Below are positions 33,201-41,139 of a stretch of DNA of 64,000 bases, piece after piece (the first letter of the stretch is position 1; each line of letters begins with the position of its first letter). Position numbers and translations under genes: made by a program. The notes beneath the pieces were generated by a model, which worked only from the letters and a program-made list of their open reading frames with translations, was not told the DNA's origin and made no database searches. The DNA comes from Thecamonas trahens ATCC 50062. Its lineage: Eukaryota > Protista > Apusomonadida. Where the stretch lies: positions 400,133 through 464,132 of the forward strand of contig NW_013657664.1 of NCBI RefSeq assembly GCF_000142905.1, written 5' to 3'.

Positions 33201-34919
33201 TTAGAGGCTGGGACGCATCCATCCGCCGGTTGCCGCCTCCAGTGCCGCCGCCACTTGCAGGAGCAGCACCTCGCTCCCGCGCGCGCCAACAACCTGGACC
33301 CCGAGCGGGAGTCTGCTCTCGTGGTCGATGCCCATCGGGACCTGGACCACTGGGAGCTTGAGCACGTTAAACAGCGCAGTGAAGACCCAGTCGAGCGGCG
33401 CAAACAGCGTCGTCTTGTGTCGCGGCGCGGGATACGGGAACGACGGGAAGAGCAGAACGCTCGCGTCATGTGCCTCGCTGCTTGCACTCAACTCGGCGTT
33501 GAGTTCGGCGCCGAGCTCATCAGCAAGCGCCGCTGACCGTTGGGTGCGACCTGGCATCAGCTGCCCAATGTCTTCCAGAAGCGCAAGCAAGAGCGCGGGA
33601 AAGGTGTGCAGCGAGGCGCCAAGAACGCACTCGGCAAGGTGGCCGATCACCCACTCGTGGTCCGGGATGCCGATGTGGCTCTTGAACGGGACACGACGCG
33701 CCAGGGCAAGTTTGGCTGACCACATGTCAAAGGCCTTGCCAAACGCCGGATACTCGCGCGCCTCGAGGCTCGCGCCGGCCGCCTGCAGCACGCCGGCTGC
33801 CCGCGCGAGCGCGCCAATCATCGCGGGCTGGACGCGAGTCACGGCCAACGGGACATCGCACGGATGCGTGAGGCAGGTCAGTACCCGGAGGCGCCTTGCA
33901 TCAAAAGCCGGCAGCTGTCGCGGCAGTGGCGGCAGCTCTTCCACTGCTGACCACTCGTTCCACAGTGGGCCGTTGGGTGCGGCGGCGGCGGCGGTGGCGG
34001 CGGTTGGTGACGACATGACCCGCAGCAGTGGGAGCAGATCGGCAGCCCGCCGCGCCACTGGGCCGGTCGAGAGAATGTGCTGGATCTCGCCTTCGCCGAG
34101 CGGATACTGGCCGAGATTGGGCACTCTGCCTGGACTCGGCTTGAGGCCAAAGACACCGTTGAAGAACGCTGGCATTCGGGTCGAGCCACCGACGTCTGAG
34201 GTGACCCCGCCGAGACTTGCGCCGGCGCCGACCAGCGCGGCCTCCCCGCCCGAAGACCCACCACATGTCCGCGACAGATCATACGGATTGCAAGTTGTGC
34301 CGTAGACACTGTTGTGGGACTCAAACCACATGCAGGCCTCGGACACGTTGGTCACGCCCATGATGACAAAGCCTGCAGCCTTGAGCGCGGTGACAACCGG
34401 CGCGTCGCCACCAGGCGGCACCCGTACGCCAGTCCGGGCCGCCACGCCGGATGTGTTCGGCATGCCGGCTACGGCAAAGCACTCTTTGACAGTGATAGGC
34501 ACGCCGGCATACTCGCCGACCTCCTTGCCGGCCTCCAGCGCAGCATCAATGGCAGAAGCCTCTACGCGGGCTTGGTCGAACCGATCTGCGACGAGAGCGT
34601 TGAGCGGAGCGGCGGCCACCATGGCGGCGATGTACGCCTCGAGTGTGGCGGAGGCAGAGACATGCGCATGCTGTGGCGATCGATCGGCAATGGCCCGCGC
34701 CAGACTCTCAATGTCCATGCCCATGATGGCAGCAGCGTGCGGATGCGGGTGTGTGGGCAGGACGACCGCCCGCAGCTCGGTCGGCGCCCCTTCCCACCAC
34801 CGCCTGCCTACAGCCAGGCTTGCCGAGACCGCTCTCGCCAGGGCACGCGGGACGAGGATGCAGACGAGATAGGCCAGCCAGGTGAGGCGGGTAGCGGTTG
34901 TGTGGATCCACGGAGGCAT
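33201..34919 (-). CDS. Amidase-signature family enzyme (FAAH2-like); start uncertain
   Basis: GVPITVKE, GVTNVSE, NPYDLSRTCGGSSGGE, SDVGGSTRMPA (Lys-Ser-Ser triad), LPLGVQVVG. Confidence 0.9.
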   Translation of the reverse strand: MPPWIHTTATRLTWLAYLVCILVPRALARAVSASLAVGRRWWEGAPTELRAVVLPTHPHPHAAAIMGMDIESLARAIADRSPQHAHVSASATLEAYIAAMVAAAPLNALVADRFDQARVEASAIDAALEAGKEVGEYAGVPITVKECFAVAGMPNTSGVAARTGVRVPPGGDAPVVTALKAAGFVIMGVTNVSEACMWFESHNSVYGTTCNPYDLSRTCGGSSGGEAALVGAGASLGGVTSDVGGSTRMPAFFNGVFGLKPSPGRVPNLGQYPLGEGEIQHILSTGPVARRAADLLPLLRVMSSPTAATAAAAAPNGPLWNEWSAVEELPPLPRQLPAFDARRLRVLTCLTHPCDVPLAVTRVQPAMIGALARAAGVLQAAGASLEAREYPAFGKAFDMWSAKLALARRVPFKSHIGIPDHEWVIGHLAECVLGASLHTFPALLLALLEDIGQLMPGRTQRSAALADELGAELNAELSASSEAHDASVLLFPSFPYPAPRHKTTLFAPLDWVFTALFNVLKLPVVQVPMGIDHESRLPLGVQVVGARGSEVLLLQVAAALEAATGGWMRPSL

Positions 34920-35087
34920 GGAAGGCGGGGGAAGAGGAGTGGCGCACGACCAGGTTGGCTGGGGGGGAAGATGGACTGCGATTGCTTCACTTGATGGTTC
35001 ACTCGGCTCGCCACTCGGGTCACCGGATGAAGACGTGGTTGGCACGGCAGGGAGGGGGGGGGGGGGGGGGGGCTGTTGGCTCCGGGC

Positions 35088-36794
35088 TTAGAACAGGACC
35101 GAGGGCTCGTCCGAGGGGCCGGCGACGGGGACGATGTCGACCGAATGGCGGCCGGGCGGTGCGTCGGGGTCCGGGTCTGCGGTGGGGTCGTCGATGGTGA
35201 CGGCCTCCATAGGATCCAGCAAATCCTCGATGGGGATGTCTTCGAGCTCGTCCGAGGCGTCGTCGTCGTCGTCGTCTGCGGGGTCCATGGGCGCAGCGCC
35301 CGAGGCTCGGAGCTCGCGCTCGCGGAGGATCTCGGCATAGTCGTCGGCGCGGTAGAGGTTGATCTCTGCGCGAAGCTCAGGGTCCTCCTCGATGTCGCGG
35401 AGGAAGACCTCGCGATCGCGCTCGGCCTGTTCGGCCTCTGTGCGGAGGCGGCGGGAGGCAGCGGCCGACTTGCGCTTGCCAGCCGTGTTGGGCTCCTCGT
35501 GGTAGGAGATCTTGGCCAGCTCCTGGAGCTTCCAGGTGCGGCGCTTGCGCTTGCGGCGGGTGTGGCGGTATGACTTGCGGACGAGGACGATCTCGGGCAG
35601 CGAGGAGGCGTCGAGCTTGTCAAAGTTGACGTCGTTAAAGTTCGAGTTGACGAGGTCGTAGCCGAGCACGTGGTCGCCGGCCTGCAGGAGGTGACCGAGG
35701 TGGGTGGTGACGTTAAAGGTGATGTCATTGACGCCAAAGTCGGAGATGCGCGAGACCTGGGCGTCGGCAAGCGAGAACTTGGAGCCGGCCTCGGCCTCCG
35801 AGTAGTCGAGCGGCTCGATGTCGAGGACGATAAACTCGGTGAGGTCGGAGCGGGTGGCAAGCGAGCGGAACGGGGTCTTCCAGAAGGCAACCGAGGTGAT
35901 CTCCTCGTGCTGAGCGGTGAGCGGGTCGACGATGTGAAGGACCGAGGCGACCTTGGAGCAGAGGACGAGCGGCGTAATGTTGCCATGACGGGCGGCGGTC
36001 TTGCGCGGGAGGGCGACGAGGTCGTCACGGCAGATGGGCACGATCTCGACAGCGACGGTGAACTTGTACTTGTACGTGTTGTTCGAGTCGTCCTGCGAGA
36101 TGAGCTTCTTGGCCATAGTGGTGCGGACCGGGACGCGGGCGGAGAGGAACTCGACGAGCTTGGTGCCGGCCGACTGGGTCTTGTAGTAAAAGTCGAGGCC
36201 GTCCGGGTACTCCTTGATGCCGACGGTGTTGAGGTGGATCTTGTGCTTGAGGATGAGCTGCTCGAGCTGGAGGAAGGTCCGCTTGTGGGCGACCTTTTGG
36301 CGGACCTGGACCGAGGTTGTCCACGATTGCTCGGCCTCCATGGCGTGGCAGTCGTTACAGAACTGGTTCTGCACCACATACACGACCTCAAAGGTCTGCT
36401 GGAGGATGGCACCGTTGAAGACCTCCTTCTGAATGGTCAGCTGCACACGGAGGCGCTTCGAGTGCGGCTCGGTCCAGATGAAGCCAGCATCGACCAGCTT
36501 GACCTTGGAGAGGCCCTTGAGCGAGCGGAGGCAGAGCGCGAGGAGCTCGCGTGACTCGAGCTCGGCAAAGACCCAGCGGTCGGGCGGAGCGAGGTACCGC
36601 TCACATCCCTTGCACCAAAAGATGAACGATGACTTGCACACGCCTTCGGAGATGTCGACCTTTGTCCGCAAGCACGTCACGCACATGTTGGCGGGGTTGG
36701 GCGGAATCGATGCTCCGCACAAGCAGCATCCGATGGTGGCCACCGTGTTGGTGGGGAGAATGTCCATGGAGCCTCCGGGCACTTGGTGGGCCAT
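35088..36794 (-). CDS. NMD3: 60S ribosomal export protein NMD3
   Basis: CCLCG..IPPNPANMC..C, FIWTEPHSKR, VQVRQKV.HKRTF, PEIVLVRKSY, FLRDIEEDPELR. Confidence 0.97.
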   Translation of the reverse strand: MAHQVPGGSMDILPTNTVATIGCCLCGASIPPNPANMCVTCLRTKVDISEGVCKSSFIFWCKGCERYLAPPDRWVFAELESRELLALCLRSLKGLSKVKLVDAGFIWTEPHSKRLRVQLTIQKEVFNGAILQQTFEVVYVVQNQFCNDCHAMEAEQSWTTSVQVRQKVAHKRTFLQLEQLILKHKIHLNTVGIKEYPDGLDFYYKTQSAGTKLVEFLSARVPVRTTMAKKLISQDDSNNTYKYKFTVAVEIVPICRDDLVALPRKTAARHGNITPLVLCSKVASVLHIVDPLTAQHEEITSVAFWKTPFRSLATRSDLTEFIVLDIEPLDYSEAEAGSKFSLADAQVSRISDFGVNDITFNVTTHLGHLLQAGDHVLGYDLVNSNFNDVNFDKLDASSLPEIVLVRKSYRHTRRKRKRRTWKLQELAKISYHEEPNTAGKRKSAAASRRLRTEAEQAERDREVFLRDIEEDPELRAEINLYRADDYAEILRERELRASGAAPMDPADDDDDDASDELEDIPIEDLLDPMEAVTIDDPTADPDPDAPPGRHSVDIVPVAGPSDEPSVLF

Positions 36795-37178
36795 GGTCTC
36801 TGGGCTGCGGGTGTGAGGGGGGGGGAGGGTTCAGGGATACACCCGGTTATGAATATGATAGGGAGTGGGGGGAGGGGGGAGGGGGGAGGAGTGTGGACCT
36901 TGTGCGTGGAGGCCACGGGCGTGAGGTGCGTGTGGTGGAGGAAGCCGAGATGAGATGGATGGGCTAGGATGGTAGAGTGTTCGTCAGCTGGGCGAATGGC
37001 CGAATGCCTTCCAATGACATCGGAAGGTGCACAGGTGATGGCGACAGCAGATGGTCTTGCAGCCATGGCCGAGGAGGGGGATTGTTATGTTGAAGGGATG
37101 GTTATGGGGGTATGGGGAGGGGGGGAGGGGAGGAGCGACTAGGCGACTGAGGCAAGGGCGATTGGGGCGTGGGCGACT

Positions 37179-37272
37179 GATGGGATGGCGACCGATGGGA
37201 TGGCGACCGACGCGACCAGGCGACCGACGCGACCGACGCGACCGACGCGACCGACGCGACCGACGCGACCGA
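37179..37272. repeat. Compound minisatellite: 2 x 15-nt plus about 7 x 9-nt (gaccgacgc)
   Basis: Directly visible, intergenic. Confidence 0.85.
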
Positions 37273-37348
37273 GGCGCAAGGGCGAGGGTGGATGGCGGCA
37301 GGCGATAGGCGGTGGGCGACATTGGGAGGTGGGGGTGGGGGCGAGGGG

Positions 37349-38461
37349 TCAGGCAGCAATTCGCGAGAGAGCGGCGAGCTGCTGCAAGGCGGCAAACGGA
37401 CGCGACGAGATGATGGCAGTGACCGGGAGCGAGCTCAGTGCCTTCTCCGTGGTGGATGCCGAGGTTGTATAAAGCCAGAGCTCGGTGGCTGTGTTGTGGA
37501 GCGCGGTGGCGGTGTCGGCGTTGATGGTTCGGGACGAGGCCATCAGTGCGTCAAAGGAGATAGTGTCGGACGCTGACGGCGCGTCGCGGACCCGCGCATT
37601 GACTGCAACAGCAGCAGCAACCTGGTCTCGTGCCTCGGCCCACCATGCGTCCTCGGCCGCATCGGATGGATACGCGTCGGCAAAGGTGTTCGGCTGGGGA
37701 TGATGGTGCGAAGGGCCAAAGAGGACAAAGGTGGCGGCGTGCTCGGCAAGGAGCGACTCGGTGTCGAGCACCAAGCCGGCTGAGCACATTACCTGCTCGC
37801 ACACAGTCTCCATCGTCATCTTGGTGGTCGCAAGCTGAGGCAGGACGTAGCTGCGGACAGCCTCGTCGAGCACCCATCGCAGATCCACCACCAGCTGCAG
37901 CCGTTTCACCCTTCCCTCACCCAGTATCCGAGTCATCTCATCGAGGGCCTGCTCCAGAACACGCTCCTCTCTCCACACCTCAGCCGCAAATCGGAGGGCC
38001 AGGGCGCCATGCGACTTGCTCTCCTCCATCAGTTCGATCACCATCTCCAACGAGAGCGAGTGCTCATTCTGTGAGACCACAACGAGATGCGACGACGATG
38101 ATGATGATGATGATGACGATGATGACGGCAATGACGAGATCAATGTGCTGGTGCCCAGGCCAGATAGACTGCAATCGACGAGCAAGGCATGCAGCGGAAG
38201 AGAGCAGGCGTGGCGGAACGAGTTGTGCGAGGCAAGTGGGGCAGCGGCTCCGTCGCCACCGAGAGCCACCACTCCCACGGGCCCCGTGGTGGAGAATGGG
38301 TGGACCGAGTCGGCAGCCAGAGGCGCCACCAGGATGGGGTACAGCCGAAACAGCATGTAGAGCATGAAGAAGAGGAACACTCGTCGCCGTGCGGGCGGCT
38401 CACCCCCCAGCATGATCCGAGTGGAGTGTGTGTCGCTCTGGGCGCCGTGACAGGCTACCAA
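37349..38461 (-). CDS. Hypothetical membrane-anchored protein (possibly degenerate GDPD-like)
   Basis: 370-aa ORF; N-terminal hydrophobic helix after RRR; poly-Ser insert. Confidence 0.5.
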   Translation of the reverse strand: MVACHGAQSDTHSTRIMLGGEPPARRRVFLFFMLYMLFRLYPILVAPLAADSVHPFSTTGPVGVVALGGDGAAAPLASHNSFRHACSLPLHALLVDCSLSGLGTSTLISSLPSSSSSSSSSSSSHLVVVSQNEHSLSLEMVIELMEESKSHGALALRFAAEVWREERVLEQALDEMTRILGEGRVKRLQLVVDLRWVLDEAVRSYVLPQLATTKMTMETVCEQVMCSAGLVLDTESLLAEHAATFVLFGPSHHHPQPNTFADAYPSDAAEDAWWAEARDQVAAAVAVNARVRDAPSASDTISFDALMASSRTINADTATALHNTATELWLYTTSASTTEKALSSLPVTAIISSRPFAALQQLAALSRIAA

Positions 38462-38867
38462 AGTTGAAGGGGGGAAGGGGTGAAAGTGGATCCGATCGGA
38501 GGATCAAGGCCGGTAGATGGGGGTGTTTGGGGAAGGGAGGCGGTGAGATGAGGGAGGCGGGCTAATACGTGGAGGTGGAGCGGAGAGGGGTGGGGTGGGG
38601 AAGGCTGGGAAGGGAGGAGGCGGGCAAGTGCCGGGTGATCTTGCAAGATCAACAAAGTGGACGACGGACGAGGTGAGAGGTGCGGCCGGAACTGGCGCCG
38701 GATGATCGGGTGATGTTTACTATGTCACCAACTTTGCTCTTTCTTTTGCTCCGAAATGGCATGGGGTGGGGGGGGGGGGAGAGGCGGCGAGAGGAGGTGC
38801 CAAGATCAGCAAAGGGGACAATACGATGGCGGCGGTGATGTTCACTACGGCTGTGTGATGGCGGGCG

Positions 38868-39794
38868 CTATGTCTTCTTGCGGCGTTTCCGGCGCTTCTT
38901 CTTGGGTTTGGGTAGAGCGGCCGGAGCGTAGTCCATAAATGCGGCAAGGGCGCCCGACTCGGCATCGGCGGCAAGGTCGGTGACCAGGTGTGGGCCGATG
39001 GCGTCGAGGACCGGCTCGGGCTCGGGGGCAAGCTGGGCGAGGCGGACGAGCCGTGCGACGTCGCCTGAACCTGCGATGTCGATGGCGGACTCGCCGTCGC
39101 TGGTGAGGGCGTAGGGGTCAGCGCCACCGTCGAGCAGGGCGGCGGTGATGTCAACGTTGGCCTTGGCGCACGCCCAGTGCAGCGGGAGCCTGCCATGGGG
39201 ACCAGGAACCTGATCTGGGTTGGCGCCGAGCCGGAGGAGGACCTTGACCACGCCCAGTGCGCCGGCCTTGGTAGCCAGCAGCAGCGGTGATGTCTCTCCC
39301 GGTGCATGGTCGCCCGAGGTTCGCATCAGCGCGGTGCCGCGGACAGCCGTGACCGGTCGGGGAGCCTGTGACGCACCCGCCGCCGGCGCATCGTCACCGA
39401 TAAGCGCATCGCTTCCGTCTTGCGGATCCGACACAACCGGTGGATCTTGATCATCCGTTGCCTTGGCGCAAACAGGCTCTGCAGCGACAAGAGCAAAGGG
39501 AGGTGGGGCGATGAGAGCCTCGACGACAGCAGTCTGACCAGCAGCAGCGGCGGCATCGAGGACGTTGCGACCGCGAGCATCCTTCCGATACAAATCTGCG
39601 CCGGCACGAGCCAGAGCCAGAACAACCGGCACATGTCCTCTCTCTGCAGCAGTGTGCGCAGCCGTTGTCCCACCCGCATCAACCGCATTGAGATCCAGAT
39701 TGCCGGCATTGGCCTTGCGGAGTAACGGCTTCAGCCGGCGGACCACCCCGGACCGGGCCACCTTGCGCAGCCTCCGTTCACCGGCTTTGGTCAT
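38868..39794 (-). CDS. Ankyrin repeat protein with basic C-terminal tail
   Basis: GTTAAHTAAERGH, TSPLLLA...VVKVLL..GANP, GRLPLHWAC; ends KKKRRKRRKKT. Confidence 0.85.
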   Translation of the reverse strand: MTKAGERRLRKVARSGVVRRLKPLLRKANAGNLDLNAVDAGGTTAAHTAAERGHVPVVLALARAGADLYRKDARGRNVLDAAAAAGQTAVVEALIAPPPFALVAAEPVCAKATDDQDPPVVSDPQDGSDALIGDDAPAAGASQAPRPVTAVRGTALMRTSGDHAPGETSPLLLATKAGALGVVKVLLRLGANPDQVPGPHGRLPLHWACAKANVDITAALLDGGADPYALTSDGESAIDIAGSGDVARLVRLAQLAPEPEPVLDAIGPHLVTDLAADAESGALAAFMDYAPAALPKPKKKRRKRRKKT

Positions 39795-40325
39795 GGCCAA
39801 GGGAGAGAGGGTGTGCGAGAGGGAGAGGGAGATGGAGTGGCGAGTGGTGTGGCGTGGAGTGGGCTGGTCATCCCCCTGGTGCTGGGGTCATAGGCAGGCG
39901 GAGCAGGGCACAGTCAACAGCCAGCACCGGTCACTGGCACCGGCCACCAGTCACTGGCACTGGCCATGGCCACCGATCAGACTGCTAAATCATCACGATG
40001 GCGTCATGGACAGTGACTCTCTTTGCACCATCAAGCTAATACTCCTTGTATCTACCTCCCCCCCTCCCCTTCCCATCCCCCCCCCCCCCCCACCACCAAT
40101 CGGCTGTGTCTTGCTCAGGAGGGTGCGTGAAGGGCGGCGGCTGACCAACTACGCCAGGGGCAACCATTCGTCACGGCCACTGCCACGGCCACAGCCACCG
40201 CACAGCACGACCCCCCCCCCCTCCCCCCCTCTCCCTTCCCTCCCCCCCCCTGCGGTACCACCCACACTTCACCCACGCCCCACCACTACCACCTTAGTCT
40301 TGCTTGGTAGAACAGTCTGCATAGT

Positions 40326-41045
40326 ATGGGCGAGCTGCAGGAAGAGGTGACCAAGCTGCAGCAGCTGCTGGCTAATGCCCATGCCACGGCCGAGGCCAGC
40401 GCGTCGGTGTACGAGGCCAAGATCAAGGAGCTGAAGGCGGAGATTGATGAGTATGAGGAGCAAGAGATAGAAATGGCTGACACCGTCGAGGCCTTTCAGG
40501 CAAAGGCTCTGCGCTTGCAGAAGGAGAACAAGGAGCTGATGGCAAAGGTGGCCGCTCTCGAGGCCGAGGCAAAGTCAGCGGCGGATGCCGAGATTGCGCA
40601 ACAGGCTCTGCGGGCAGCGGAATCAGAGGCTCGGACGGCCACCAACGAGCGCGATGAGGCTCTGGCAGAGGCCGACGAACTTCGTGATGAGGTTACCAAG
40701 CTCAAGGATGAGCTGGCCGCCGCCAAGGCTGCCGCGGCAGATGCCGACGAGCCCGATGCCGCGCCTGTCGACGACGCTGCGCTCGACGAGCTCCGCACCG
40801 AGCTCGACGAGGTCCGTGCAGACCTGGAGGCCGCCGAGGAGGCCCGTGACTCGCTGCAGGAGGAGCGCGATCACCTGGCCTCCGAGCTCGCCACAACCGA
40901 GCAGAACCTCATCCAGCTCAAGATGGACCATGCCCAGCACGAGTTTGAGAAGGAGGATGCTCTCGTCCGCGCCGCCGAGGCCGAGCGCAAGTACAAGGAG
41001 CTCAAGAAGAAGAATAAGGAGCTGCGCAAGGCTGCCAAACAGTAG
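40326..41045 (+). CDS. Coiled-coil protein
   Basis: E/K/A/L-rich heptad pattern throughout 239 aa. Confidence 0.8.
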   Translation: MGELQEEVTKLQQLLANAHATAEASASVYEAKIKELKAEIDEYEEQEIEMADTVEAFQAKALRLQKENKELMAKVAALEAEAKSAADAEIAQQALRAAESEARTATNERDEALAEADELRDEVTKLKDELAAAKAAAADADEPDAAPVDDAALDELRTELDEVRADLEAAEEARDSLQEERDHLASELATTEQNLIQLKMDHAQHEFEKEDALVRAAEAERKYKELKKKNKELRKAAKQ

Positions 41046-41139
41046 CTTCACATCTGCTTCCCCAAACCCGGCTCGATGCGCCGAACTCGGCCCGAACACG
41101 CTCAATGAACACTCAGCACCTGGCGCTGCTTCCCTTCAA

